Assembly (NCBI GenBank): GCA_023265515.1
Contig: JAHFSZ010000002.1
Coordinates: 8,358-72,357, forward strand
Reading direction: 5' to 3'
Length of the DNA: 64,000 bases
DNA from: Verrucomicrobiota bacterium
GTDB taxonomy: Bacteria; Verrucomicrobiota; Verrucomicrobiia; JABWAM01; JAHFSZ01
The notes below the pieces were generated by a model. It did no database searches and had not been told where the DNA came from. It worked only from the letters and a program-made list of their open reading frames with translations. Below are positions 36,935-46,636 of this stretch, piece by piece. Within the stretch, counting starts at the first letter, position 1, and each line of letters begins with the position of its first letter. The position numbers and the translations under genes are program-made.

Positions 36935-37747
36935 ATGATCCGCATCGACCGAAATTTTTTCAAGCCCTCGAAGAGTTTTTTCCTCATCGCAGGCCCGTGT
37001 GTCATCGAGTCGTACAAGCAGATCTTCACGACGGCGAAGACCCTTAAAACAATCTGCCAGAAGCTTAAAATCCGGTTCGTCTTCAAGACATCGTACGACA
37101 AGGCCAATCGGAGCTCCTTTCTTTCGTTCCGTGGGCAGGGCGTCGAGCAGGGCTTGAAGATGCTGGGACAGCTTCGCAAGGAGCTCAACATCCCGATCCT
37201 CACCGATGTCCACAGCATCGAAGAGGCTTTCCTCGCCGCCGCAGTTGCCGATGTCCTCCAGATTCCCGCCTTTCTCTGCCGCCAGACCGATCTGTTGATC
37301 GCGGCGGGCAAGACTGGCAAATGGGTCAACATCAAAAAAGGCCAGTTTCTTTCGCCGCGCGACATGGAGAAGGCGATCGAAAAGATCGAGCGCGGCGCCA
37401 AGTCCCAGCGCATCCTCCTGACGGAGCGCGGCACCAGCTTCGGCTACCACAATCTGGTCGTTGACTTTCGCAGCATCCCGATCATGAAGCGGACCGGCTA
37501 TCCCGTCATTTTCGACGCCACCCACAGCGTCCAGCTGCCGGGTGCCGAGGGCGACCGCTCGGGCGGTGAACGCCAGTTCGTCGCCCCCCTGGCGCGCGCC
37601 GCCATTGCCGCGGGCGCCGACGGGTTGTTCATCGAAACCCATCCCAACCCGGACGAAGCCCTCTCTGACGGCGCCAACATGGTCCCGTTGGCCGAGATGG
37701 AGAGTCTGCTGAAGGGGTTGCTGAAGATTCGAAAGAGTTTGGGTTGA
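36935..37747 (+). CDS. kdsA: 3-deoxy-8-phosphooctulonate (KDO8P) synthase
   Basis: FLIAGPCVIES and the DAHP/KDO8P synthase family layout. Confidence 0.9.
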   Translation: MIRIDRNFFKPSKSFFLIAGPCVIESYKQIFTTAKTLKTICQKLKIRFVFKTSYDKANRSSFLSFRGQGVEQGLKMLGQLRKELNIPILTDVHSIEEAFLAAAVADVLQIPAFLCRQTDLLIAAGKTGKWVNIKKGQFLSPRDMEKAIEKIERGAKSQRILLTERGTSFGYHNLVVDFRSIPIMKRTGYPVIFDATHSVQLPGAEGDRSGGERQFVAPLARAAIAAGADGLFIETHPNPDEALSDGANMVPLAEMESLLKGLLKIRKSLG

Positions 37748-37772
37748 GCCAAAGACTCTTTGTGGTCCGAAA

Positions 37773-38255
37773 TCAGGGGTTTGGAATTTCGAGCAGTGCC
37801 ACTGCGAATGCCACGATCCCCTCTTCCCGGCCGGTGAAGCCCAGCCTCTCCGTGGTGGTGGCCTTGATGGAGATTGCTTCGTCGGAAATCTTCAGGACCT
37901 CAGCCAGTTTAAGTCTCATGAGAGGGACATGAGGCGAGAGTTTGGGTTGCTCGGCAAGAATCGTGCAGTCCAGATTGTTGATCCGCGCCTTTTTCTCACC
38001 GAGGAGCCTGCGGACATGTTCGAGCAGTTTCAGGCTGTCGGCTCCGCGATAGGCATCGTCGGTATTGGGGAAGAGCACACCAATGTCGCGCTCCCCGGCA
38101 GCGCCGAGCAATGCGTCCATGATGGCATGCGTCAACACGTCCGCGTCGGAATGCCCGTCCAAGCCATGCGTGTGCGGAATTTCGACGCCGCCGAGAATCA
38201 ACTTCCGTCCTCTCGCAAACCTGTGAACGTCAATCCCCTGGCCGATCCTGATCAT
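37773..38255 (-). CDS. ispF: 2-C-methyl-D-erythritol 2,4-cyclodiphosphate synthase
   Basis: RIGQGIDVHRF and HSDADVLxHA motifs. Confidence 0.9.
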   Translation of the reverse strand: MIRIGQGIDVHRFARGRKLILGGVEIPHTHGLDGHSDADVLTHAIMDALLGAAGERDIGVLFPNTDDAYRGADSLKLLEHVRRLLGEKKARINNLDCTILAEQPKLSPHVPLMRLKLAEVLKISDEAISIKATTTERLGFTGREEGIVAFAVALLEIPNP

Positions 38256-38279
38256 TTTTTCGGTCTTGAATGTTGAATT

Positions 38280-38984
38280 TTAAATTTTGAGCTTAAGCAG
38301 CGCTTCCGCAAACCGAATATCCTGCTTTCTCGTGATCTTCGGGTTGGGGCCGTCGTATTCGTACAAATAAACTTTCCCGCCCCAGGCCTCGACGGCCGCC
38401 GCGTCGTCCGTAACGCCCAGTTTCTTCTTACAGACATGTCGATAGGCATTCAAAATCAACGATCGGCGGAAAACCTGAGGCGTCTGGACCGCAAAGAGAT
38501 GGTTTCGGTCGACGGTGGCATGGACACGGCACCGGCCATTGACCTTTTTGATCGTGTCAACCACCTTGGAGCCGATCACGGCCGACCCGCGCTGGCGCGC
38601 CACCCGGAGGCCCTCGCGAATCATCGCTTCATTCAAGAAAGGCCGGGCCCCATCGTGAATGATCACCCACCCGCTCTCCTTGCCGATTTTTTCGAGAGCC
38701 AGGCTGACGGAATCGGAGCGCTCAGCACCGCCACGGATCATTTTCTTGACCTTGGTGAAACGGTGGCGTCGGACGAGCGACTGGAGCTTGCTTCTATTGC
38801 GCTCGTTGCAGGTGAGAAAAACCTGGTGGATGGACGGTGAACGCTGAAGCGCGCGCAACGAGTAAAACAAGACCGGCCTGCCCGCGAGCGGGAGGAAAAG
38901 CTTGTCGATCCGCCGGCCCATGCGGCGGCTCCGGCCCGCGGCCAGAAGGATGGCGGTGGCAAGGCCGTTTTTAGCTCTTGGCAT
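38280..38984 (-). CDS. ispD: 2-C-methyl-D-erythritol 4-phosphate cytidylyltransferase
   Basis: N-terminal AILLAAGxSxRMG motif; ispD-ispF adjacency. Confidence 0.85.
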   Translation of the reverse strand: MPRAKNGLATAILLAAGRSRRMGRRIDKLFLPLAGRPVLFYSLRALQRSPSIHQVFLTCNERNRSKLQSLVRRHRFTKVKKMIRGGAERSDSVSLALEKIGKESGWVIIHDGARPFLNEAMIREGLRVARQRGSAVIGSKVVDTIKKVNGRCRVHATVDRNHLFAVQTPQVFRRSLILNAYRHVCKKKLGVTDDAAAVEAWGGKVYLYEYDGPNPKITRKQDIRFAEALLKLKI

Positions 38985-40002
38985 GTTTTAAATCCGCGAA
39001 GACCATTCGGCCCGCGGGCGTTTGAAGAATGCTGGCGACTTCCGCCTGGACAACCTGGCCAAGATGCGGTTTGCCCATGTTTACGACGATCATGGTGCCG
39101 TCGCTCAGATAACCGACCGCCTGGCCCGAATCACGGCCTTCCTTGACCAGTTTCACGTCGATCAGTTCACCCGGGAGCGCGAGGGGTCTCGTGGCCTTGG
39201 AAAGCTCGTGAACGTTCAAGAGTTTGACTTCCTGCAATTCGGCGATCTTCTGAAGGTTATAGTCCGTCGTGATGATGCGGGCGTTCAAAAGCCGGGCCAT
39301 GTGAATCAGCCTCGCGTCAACCTCGCCGCCCTCCGGCAGACTTCCCTCCGGAATGTGGAAATTGATCATCGAGCTCGACTTCAACGCTTCGAGCGTCTCC
39401 TGCCCCCGCCGGCCCTTGGCCCGGCGTGTCACATCCGCGGAATCGGCAAGGCGCTTGACCTCCTCGAGCACATACGGGGACACGCTGAGCGTCCCCTCGA
39501 TGAAGCCGGCTTTGACCAGGTCCACAATCCTCCCATCAATGATAGCGCTCGTGTCCACGACCCAGTTGGTTTCGCGCGAATCGGATCGCTGGAAACGGAT
39601 GTAGGGGATGATCAGGCTGAACTCGTCCTTGTTGCTGCGAAGCGCAAGCATCATGCCGAGATAGCCGGCTACCAGGTAGACAAACAGGTGGATGAGCCAT
39701 TGGGTATCTTTGCTGGTGTACTCAAAGATCCCGGATGCCAACAGCAGCCAAGCCAGGATGCAGCCGATCGCCAGGCCGAACGTCGCCGACGAAAACGCCC
39801 GCAGTGAAACCCCCTTCAAAAGCCGGTCGGCGAGGATGACCATAAGGCCGGCCACCATGCCAAGACAGAAACCAACCCAGTGCGGCCAGTGCGTCCAGCC
39901 CTGCTTGCCCAGCATGTCGGTAAACGCCTCCGCGACATAGTAGCCCCCGACACCGCATGCAACGAGGAACAAAACCCTGAAAATGTTGACTGTCCGCTCC
40001 AT
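38971..40002 (-). CDS. PIN/TRAM-domain membrane protein (YacL-like)
   Basis: Four N-terminal TM helices, a PIN-like acidic core and a C-terminal TRAM-like beta domain. Placement upstream of ispD mirrors yacL-ispD linkage in other bacteria. Confidence 0.65.
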   Translation of the reverse strand: MERTVNIFRVLFLVACGVGGYYVAEAFTDMLGKQGWTHWPHWVGFCLGMVAGLMVILADRLLKGVSLRAFSSATFGLAIGCILAWLLLASGIFEYTSKDTQWLIHLFVYLVAGYLGMMLALRSNKDEFSLIIPYIRFQRSDSRETNWVVDTSAIIDGRIVDLVKAGFIEGTLSVSPYVLEEVKRLADSADVTRRAKGRRGQETLEALKSSSMINFHIPEGSLPEGGEVDARLIHMARLLNARIITTDYNLQKIAELQEVKLLNVHELSKATRPLALPGELIDVKLVKEGRDSGQAVGYLSDGTMIVVNMGKPHLGQVVQAEVASILQTPAGRMVFADLKHAKS

Positions 40003-40029
40003 GTTGAATTCCGATCGTTGGTTGGGGTT

Positions 40030-40833
40030 TTAGCGCGATTTTGGATTCATGAACTTTCGCCGTTCTTCGTTCTTCTCCGCCTCTTTTTGGCTATCCGTCT
40101 TGTTCTTATCCTGTTCGTAGCGGTCTTTATAGCCTAAAATGCCGCCTTTTCTCAGATTGTAGGAAAGCGCCCGGACATTTTCGTAAATTTCCTCTTTCTG
40201 GAAGAGCCTGCCGATGGTGCCCCGGCCCTTGTTGATGTCATCCAGGATCTTGTTCATGCGCGTGCTGGTCGTATTCATATTCGCCGTCAGCTCCTTGAGA
40301 TTTTTCGCGCTCGACCGCAGGTCGCTCAGAGTGGCGTCGTCCAGAAAACCGGAGGAAAGCTTGTCGACGGAGGCGTTGAGCTTCTGCAAGAACTCCTCGG
40401 CACTCTCCGCCATATGACCCAGGCTCGCCGGCTCCTTCCCATGGAGGATCTCCCCTGGTTTGGCCGCCGCCGCCGTCTGACTGCCCGGATCGATCGTGAT
40501 ATAAACGTCGCCGAGCAGACCGGATTGCTTGATGGCGAATGTCGCATCCTCTTTGATGATGTACTTCCACTTCTTGAAATGGAACATGCCGAGGACCACG
40601 TCAACATGATGGCCTTCAGGATCCAGGCTGATCTCCTTCACCTTGCCAACCTCGACGCCAGCATAAAGAACCTTCGAGCCGTTGATCAGGCCCGAGGCAT
40701 TCTGGAAACGGACGGTGAGCTCGTAGTCGCCCCGCTCGCCAAACTTGCCGAAGAAAAGAATCAGGCCGGCAACGACGGAAAGACCCATGAGGACAAAGAG
40801 TCCGACCTTCCATTCCAAGTGCTTGGATTCCAT
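40030..40833 (-). CDS. mlaD: MCE-domain protein MlaD
   Basis: N-terminal TM anchor plus an MCE domain, downstream of mlaF-mlaE. Confidence 0.75.
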   Translation of the reverse strand: MESKHLEWKVGLFVLMGLSVVAGLILFFGKFGERGDYELTVRFQNASGLINGSKVLYAGVEVGKVKEISLDPEGHHVDVVLGMFHFKKWKYIIKEDATFAIKQSGLLGDVYITIDPGSQTAAAAKPGEILHGKEPASLGHMAESAEEFLQKLNASVDKLSSGFLDDATLSDLRSSAKNLKELTANMNTTSTRMNKILDDINKGRGTIGRLFQKEEIYENVRALSYNLRKGGILGYKDRYEQDKNKTDSQKEAEKNEERRKFMNPKSR

Positions 40834-40845
40834 ATCTTCGTCAAC

Positions 40846-41590
40846 CTAGATGTCCACCAGCACATCGCTCCGGCCCTGGATGAACTTCTGGACCACTGGG
40901 TTTTGTGAGTTTTGTATCTCAGCGGGGGTGCCCGACTCAAGGATTTTGCCCTCGTAAAGCATGCCGATGCGATCCGCCACCTTGTATGCGCTCACCATGT
41001 CGTGCGTGACGACGATCGATGTCACATGAAATTGTTCGGAAAGCTTGAGGATCAGGTTGTTGATGCTGTCGGCGATGACCGGGTCGAGGCCCGCAGTGGG
41101 TTCATCATAGAGGACGATGCTCGGCCGGTCAATGATGGCTCGGGCAAGACCCGCCCGCTTGCGCATCCCGCCGCTGATCTCCCCGGGCTTCTTGTGGCCG
41201 TGCCCCTCGAGCGACACCAGTTTGAGCGCCTCTTCGACACGCCCGCGGATATCGCGTTTTGAATTCCTGCCCGAAATGGCCAGTGGAAATGCGACGTTCT
41301 CGTAAACCGTCATGGAATCGAACAGGGCGGCATTTTGGAAAAGGATCCCGATTTTCTTGCGAAGGGGAGTCAGTGTGCGCTCCTCGAGAGGCACCCAGTC
41401 CTGCCTATCGATGAAGATTCGGCCGCGCCTTGGCTTGGCGAGCGAGGCAATCAGCCTCAAGAGCTGGCTTTTGCCTCCGCCGCTCCGGCCGATGATGACG
41501 AGCGTCTCGGCGGACTCCACCCGCAGGTTGACGCCGCGCAGAATGTCGGTCCCTTTGAATCCGTGGTGGAGATCTTCGACTTGGATCATG
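40846..41590 (-). CDS. mlaF: ABC transporter ATP-binding protein MlaF
   Basis: The track ORF (to 42309) carries a spurious N-terminal extension overlapping mlaE. The true start is ATG at 41590 (MIQVEDLHHGF...), overlapping the mlaE stop by 4 nt. Walker A GRSGGGKS and signature ISGGMRKR. Confidence 0.85.
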
Positions 41591-42419
41591 GGGTGAGCAG
41601 CTTGCTGAAGATAATGGTGATGAAAAAATTCGCGATGAGGATCGCCACCGAAGAAACCACCACGGCTTCCATCGTCGCCTTCCCCACGCCCTCGGCGCCT
41701 TCTTCGCAGGTTAAACCCTTGTTGCAGCTGACTGTGACGATGATCCATGCGAAGGCCAGCGCTTTCATGAGCCCCGCCACCACGTCTTTGTATTTGGTGT
41801 ATTTCTCCATATTGTTGAGAAAATAGCCTCCGTCGATGCCGAGCAACTGAGTCCCCACCAGGTATGCCGCGACAATGCCAACCAGGATCGCCTCCGCCGT
41901 GAGCATAGGCATCGACACCACCAAGCCTATGGTCCGTGGAACCACCAGGTAGTCCACCGGGTGCACCGCCAGCGCCCGCAGAGCATCCACCTGCTCGGTC
42001 ACCCGCATCGTGCCGAGCTCCGCGGCAATGGCCGCGCCAACCCGGCCCGCCAGGATCAGGCCGGTGATGATCGGCGCCAGCTCCCGCGCCAGGGCGATCG
42101 AGACAGCAGGCCCGGTGCCGGAATCCATCTGAACCTTGTGAAACTGGTAGAAGATCTGGGCGCAAAAGACCATGCCGATGAAGGCGCCTGTAAAACAAAC
42201 CACCATCTGGGAGCGGGCCCCAATCAGGTAAATTTGCGTGAAGATTTCCCGGAAATACGGCCGTCGCGTGAAAAGCGAACGCAGCGTCTCGAGGGTCAAC
42301 GACCACCATTCGCCGAGCTCGCTGAGAAACCGAAAGGCGGTGTTCGCGATCGGGTCCAACAGCATGTTCATGCGGGCAAAACTAGGCATCTGAGACCTGA
42401 ATTGCAATACTGTTGCCAA
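41586..42419 (-). CDS. mlaE: ABC permease MlaE
   Basis: MlaE/Ttg2B-type polytopic permease sequence. Confidence 0.8.
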   Translation of the reverse strand: MATVLQFRSQMPSFARMNMLLDPIANTAFRFLSELGEWWSLTLETLRSLFTRRPYFREIFTQIYLIGARSQMVVCFTGAFIGMVFCAQIFYQFHKVQMDSGTGPAVSIALARELAPIITGLILAGRVGAAIAAELGTMRVTEQVDALRALAVHPVDYLVVPRTIGLVVSMPMLTAEAILVGIVAAYLVGTQLLGIDGGYFLNNMEKYTKYKDVVAGLMKALAFAWIIVTVSCNKGLTCEEGAEGVGKATMEAVVVSSVAILIANFFITIIFSKLLTP

Positions 42420-42447
42420 ATGTCGTCGGCCCGATTATCTAGGAGAT

Positions 42448-42894
42448 ATGAGCCTTTCCGAACAGATTGACGGACAGATCATGGATGCGATGAAGAAGAG
42501 CGAAGCCGCACGGCTTTCGGTCATGCGCCTGCTCAAGTCGGCCGTCAAATATTACCAGGTGGAAAAAAAGCTTGCTGAGGTAAACGATAACGATTTTCTC
42601 GCGGTCGTCCGCAAGCAGATCAAGCAGCGACAGGACTCCGTGGAGGCCTACAAACAGGGCGGCCGTGACGAATTGGCCGCCAGGGAACAGGAAGAGCTCA
42701 AGATCCTGGAGGAATTTCTCCCGCCGTCAATGTCCGAGTCCGATCTTGAACAACTTATCAAGGAAACCATCCAGCAGCTCGGTGTCAGCTCCAGGAAGGA
42801 GATGGGCCGCGTCATGAAGGCCGTGAACGAAAAGATCGCCGGCCGCGCCGACGGCAAAACCGTCAGCCAGCTCGTTCAAAAAAACCTGGTCTGA
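42448..42894 (+). CDS. GatB/YqeY-domain protein
   Basis: YqeY-like ~148 aa sequence (MDAMKKSEAARLSV.RLLKSA). Confidence 0.8.
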   Translation: MSLSEQIDGQIMDAMKKSEAARLSVMRLLKSAVKYYQVEKKLAEVNDNDFLAVVRKQIKQRQDSVEAYKQGGRDELAAREQEELKILEEFLPPSMSESDLEQLIKETIQQLGVSSRKEMGRVMKAVNEKIAGRADGKTVSQLVQKNLV

Positions 42895-42912
42895 CTTCCC
42901 CCGCCCTGACGC

Positions 42913-43338
42913 TCACCGCGCCGGGTAGAGGTGATAAAGCATCACGTAGATCACCACGCCCGTCACCGAGACATACATCCAGATCGGGAAGGTCCACCGC
43001 GCCAGGGCCGCATGATGTTTAAACCGGCGCTTCAAGGCCAGCCTCAGGGTAAGGATCGCAAGCACGGGTACTGCCGCCGCGAGCAGCGTATGAGAAATCA
43101 GGATGGTGAAATACACTGTCCGCAACACCTCCCCTTCGCCCATGAATTTTTTCGAGCCGACCTGCGCGTGGTAAGTGAGATACGAGACCAAAAAAGCCAC
43201 CGAAACCAGAAACGCGACGCCCATGCAGAGGCGGTGGGCCCGGACATTCGTCGTCTTGATGAAGTAAAGTCCCAGGAGCAGCAACACCGCGCTGGTCCCA
43301 TTGAGCAGGGCGTTGAGCGAAGGCAGAAATTGGATCAT
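42913..43338 (-). CDS. DUF420-family membrane protein (YozB-like, often linked to heme-copper oxidase/SCO loci)
   Basis: Four TM helices with a DUF420-like pattern; start overlaps the SCO1 stop by 4 nt. Confidence 0.55.
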   Translation of the reverse strand: MIQFLPSLNALLNGTSAVLLLLGLYFIKTTNVRAHRLCMGVAFLVSVAFLVSYLTYHAQVGSKKFMGEGEVLRTVYFTILISHTLLAAAVPVLAILTLRLALKRRFKHHAALARWTFPIWMYVSVTGVVIYVMLYHLYPAR

Positions 43339-44039
43339 GGCCGGGAAGCGTGTTTCAACGCGGCGATATCCGAGACAATCTTTTCCAGCACATCCTCGCG
43401 GGCCTTCTTCTTGGTGACGGCGCTCTCGATTGCAGGCACGGGTTCCGGTTCCAGCGTCGTGTCAGCAACGCCGTAATAACCGCGAATCTGCCCGTTGCCG
43501 TCAACCAGCACGAAATGGGTGCCATGGATGATCGGCTGCTCGGCTGGATTCCGTCCCGCCTCCGACACGCCCAATTTGAAGTCCTTGGTGATCATCTCGA
43601 AAATCTGCTTCCGGTCGCCGGTCAAAAAAATCCAGACGCCGGGGCGCGCGCCGTAGCGCTTCGCATAATGCCGGAGAAGCTCGGGCCGGTCGTATTCGGG
43701 ATCAACTGAGACGCTGACGAGCCTCACTCCATCGACTCCCTCCAGGGACTTTTGCAGCTCGGCCATCCGCGACGACATGATCGGGCACGGGCCGGCGCAG
43801 CGGGTAAAGACGAAGTCCGCCACCCACACGGAGCCCAGCAGATCCTTCAGCGTGACATTTTTGCCGTCCTGGTCGATCAGCTTGAAATCTGTAATACGCC
43901 CATAAACCGGCGGCATCGCGGCCCTTCTCTGGGCGATGCTTTTGACGAGTACCGAGACCCAAATTACCGAGCCAACGATGAGGCCGAGGAAAAAAATCAG
44001 CCAGACCCATGCCACCACCTTTCGGGAGGACGCCGTCAT
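43335..44039 (-). CDS. SCO1/SenC copper chaperone (thioredoxin-like)
   Basis: N-terminal TM, CxxxC (FTRCAGPCP) and a downstream conserved His. Confidence 0.8.
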   Translation of the reverse strand: MTASSRKVVAWVWLIFFLGLIVGSVIWVSVLVKSIAQRRAAMPPVYGRITDFKLIDQDGKNVTLKDLLGSVWVADFVFTRCAGPCPIMSSRMAELQKSLEGVDGVRLVSVSVDPEYDRPELLRHYAKRYGARPGVWIFLTGDRKQIFEMITKDFKLGVSEAGRNPAEQPIIHGTHFVLVDGNGQIRGYYGVADTTLEPEPVPAIESAVTKKKAREDVLEKIVSDIAALKHASRP

Positions 44040-44821
44040 ACCGCATCCGTGCGTTTCCTGCGGAGAGCCGCTGTCCAGGAAAGAACGAACATCGCCAGTC
44101 CGAAGAGTATGATCACCGCAAGACAGAGCGGCAATGATGCGACCTGGGCGGGATAGGCATCGCCGAGAAGGACGCGCTGAAAGGCGCTAACCCCGTAAGT
44201 CAGCGGGTTGACCACCATGATCCATTTCAACCAGGATGCCGCTCCCGAAAGCGGAAAAAGCGACCCGGATAAGAGCCACATTGGCATCAAAAAAAGATTC
44301 ATGATGCCGTGGAATCCCTGCGTCGATTGCATTCTCCACGCGATAAGGAATCCAAGGCCGGTCAAAGCGAACGCGATTCCGAACATCACTCCGACCAGTG
44401 CCACGCCCTGGACAACACCGATCGGGATGCCGGCCACGGGAGCCAGCAGAACGAAGATCAGCCCCTGCAACAGCGCCACCGAACTGCCCCCCAGAATTTT
44501 GCCAAGCACGATCGCCCCGCGTGAAACCGGCGCCACCAGCACCGACTGCATGAACCCTTCGCGCCGGTCCTCGATGATCGAGATCGTGGAAAAAATGGCG
44601 GTGAACAGGACAATCAGCACCGCAGTACCCGAAAAAAGGAACCGCAGGTAGCCGACTTTCGACGCGCCCGGCGACTGGAAGGATCCGCCAAGTCCGAAGC
44701 CGATCATGACCCAAAACAGCACCGGTGGCGCCAGCGAACCGATGACGCGGCTCCGATCACGATAAAACCGGATGATCTCCCTCCACCAGAGCGTGAAAGC
44801 CGGGAGCCAGAAGGCGTTCAT
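44036..44821 (-). CDS. ABC-2 type transporter permease (NosY-like)
   Basis: Six-TM ABC-2 permease; start overlaps SCO1 by 4 nt and the upstream ATPase by 4 nt. Confidence 0.7.
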   Translation of the reverse strand: MNAFWLPAFTLWWREIIRFYRDRSRVIGSLAPPVLFWVMIGFGLGGSFQSPGASKVGYLRFLFSGTAVLIVLFTAIFSTISIIEDRREGFMQSVLVAPVSRGAIVLGKILGGSSVALLQGLIFVLLAPVAGIPIGVVQGVALVGVMFGIAFALTGLGFLIAWRMQSTQGFHGIMNLFLMPMWLLSGSLFPLSGAASWLKWIMVVNPLTYGVSAFQRVLLGDAYPAQVASLPLCLAVIILFGLAMFVLSWTAALRRKRTDAV

Positions 44822-45786
44822 TTTTTTACCTCTTCCCCGGCACCCTCGACTGCGCCGTTCGCGTAAATGAAACGGTGGCCGGTGTGATGCACGAAAACAT
44901 CTTCGAGCGTCGGCTTGCCGAGCCGGATCGACTGGATTCTTCCCGGAAATGTCTCGACGAGCTGGGTGATGAACTCGTGCCCACGTTCCTTTTCGATACG
45001 GAGCGTGTCATCGACGAGAGTGGCCTCGACGCCAAAACGCTCATGAATTTGCTTTTGAAGCTCGCCTGGATGGTCGGACACCGCCGTGATCACATCGCCG
45101 CCGATTGCGGCCTTCAGCCGCTCCGGGCGGTCAAGCGCGATCAGCCTGCCCCCGTCCAGAATTCCGATCCGGTCGCACTTCTCAGCCTCCTCCATCAAAT
45201 GTGTCGTCAGGACAACGGTGGTCCCTTCCGCCTTTCGGATGGACTCAAGGTAGTTCCAGACGTCCCGGCGTGCGTTCGGGTCGAGCCCCGTGCTCGGCTC
45301 ATCCAGCAGCAGCAAGTCAGGATGGTGGAGAAAACCCTTCGCCAGCTCCGTGCGCCGGCGTAAACCGCCTGAAAGTTCTTCGACACGCGTCCGGCGCCTC
45401 TCCCAAATGCCGACGCGCTCCAGCTTTTCGCGAATGCGGTCTGTCAAATCGGATCCACTCATCCCATAGAGGTGTCCCTGGTGCCAGAGGTTCTCCTCGA
45501 CCGTCAATTTTTTGTCCAGTGCCGGCGCCTGAAAGACGACGCCCATGCGCATTCGCGCCTCGGCGGGCCGCGCCGACACGTCGACGCCAAAGATTTCCGC
45601 AATTCCCTCCTGCGGCTCAAGAAGCGTCGACAGAATCTTGAAGAGCGTCGTTTTGCCGCCGCCATTCGGGCCGAGAAGGCCGAATAATTCGCCGCGTGTG
45701 ACCTCAAAACTCACCGACTGAAGCGCCTGCCGCTGGCCATAACGATGGCTGAGTCCGTCAATCCGGATGGCGGGTGAATCACTCAC
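44818..45786 (-). CDS. ABC transporter ATP-binding protein (NosF/CcmA-like)
   Basis: Walker A GPNGGGKTT, signature LSGGLRRR and Walker B LLLDEP. Confidence 0.85.
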   Translation of the reverse strand: MSDSPAIRIDGLSHRYGQRQALQSVSFEVTRGELFGLLGPNGGGKTTLFKILSTLLEPQEGIAEIFGVDVSARPAEARMRMGVVFQAPALDKKLTVEENLWHQGHLYGMSGSDLTDRIREKLERVGIWERRRTRVEELSGGLRRRTELAKGFLHHPDLLLLDEPSTGLDPNARRDVWNYLESIRKAEGTTVVLTTHLMEEAEKCDRIGILDGGRLIALDRPERLKAAIGGDVITAVSDHPGELQKQIHERFGVEATLVDDTLRIEKERGHEFITQLVETFPGRIQSIRLGKPTLEDVFVHHTGHRFIYANGAVEGAGEEVKK

Positions 45787-45829
45787 AGTTGGAAAGGGAT
45801 GGGCACATGCGTGTGTGAGATGCCGATGC

Positions 45830-46612
45830 TCACTGTTGGAAAGTGAAATTGACCGGGGTTTCGGTCCCTGAAACCGTCACTTCTGCGGTCCGGGCCGGCA
45901 GCGCCTCGTGCCAGGCCTCGACCGTGTAGGTACCTGCGGGAATATTGGAGATGGCAAAGGAACCGTCCTCTCCAGTCACTGCGAACCACGGGTGTTCGAG
46001 GACCGCCACATGCGCACCCATCCATGGGTGCACATCGCATTTGAACCGAACTGTGACTTCCGCGCTGTTGAAGATCTTGTCTGCGAACATCCCCTTGACC
46101 GGCTGGCCCAGGTTGAACTCCCTGTTCGCCACGCCCATCGCATGGACATTGTGGAGTGTCCCGTCGCTATTGCGAATCGTGAAGGCCTGGCCCACCCGGA
46201 CCGCCATCACATGGGGGACATAATGACAATCGACCTGATCCAACAAAGGCTTGTCCGCGGACACGGGCGGGATGGGCTTCCCCTGATAACCCTTCTTTAA
46301 ATAGACAAGCACGTTTTTGAGGCCGCCTCCGGAACCGATCACCACCGTCTCGCTGACGGCCGACGGGGCATGTGCCTTGCAATAAGGATCGGCATCCATC
46401 TTGATCGGCTCAGCCGAGGGTGGCGTCCCGGAAAAGATCGCCTTGCCGGTGATCTTCCCCAGTCCGACTGCCGGCGTCGACGACGCTTCAGCCTTGGCGA
46501 TCGGTGCGGAAGCTTCCGCAACGGGCTTGGAGGAGCCCGGTTTTTTTCCGCAACTCATGATAAAAAGAAGCAAAAAGATGCCGAATATATTGGCGATTTT
46601 CACCATGAACAC
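45830..46612 (-). CDS. lipoprotein with amicyanin/plastocyanin-like type-1 copper (cupredoxin) domain plus N- and C-terminal extra domains (paralog A)
   Basis: Lipobox IMSCG. Putative copper ligands LHNVHAM (His) and FKCDVHPWM (Cys-x2-His-x2-Met) with ~39-residue His-Cys spacing, as in amicyanin (PHNVHF ... CTPHPFM). Paralogous to 53431-54138. Confidence 0.6.
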   Translation of the reverse strand: MFMVKIANIFGIFLLLFIMSCGKKPGSSKPVAEASAPIAKAEASSTPAVGLGKITGKAIFSGTPPSAEPIKMDADPYCKAHAPSAVSETVVIGSGGGLKNVLVYLKKGYQGKPIPPVSADKPLLDQVDCHYVPHVMAVRVGQAFTIRNSDGTLHNVHAMGVANREFNLGQPVKGMFADKIFNSAEVTVRFKCDVHPWMGAHVAVLEHPWFAVTGEDGSFAISNIPAGTYTVEAWHEALPARTAEVTVSGTETPVNFTFQQ

Positions 46613-46636
46613 ATCCGCTTGCGGTCGACCCCGCGC

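Noticed and set aside
37748-37772. Bidirectional terminator between convergent kdsA and ispF (CCGAAAT...ATTTCG)
   Set aside because: Only a 6-bp imperfect stem with a 12-nt loop and no flanking U-runs; too weak to call.
41591-42309. N-terminal 240 aa of the track ORF 40846-42309 (Gly/Arg-rich)
   Set aside because: Spurious upstream extension running antisense-overlapping across mlaE. MlaF begins at the ATG at 41590 (MIQVEDL...), overlapping the mlaE stop.
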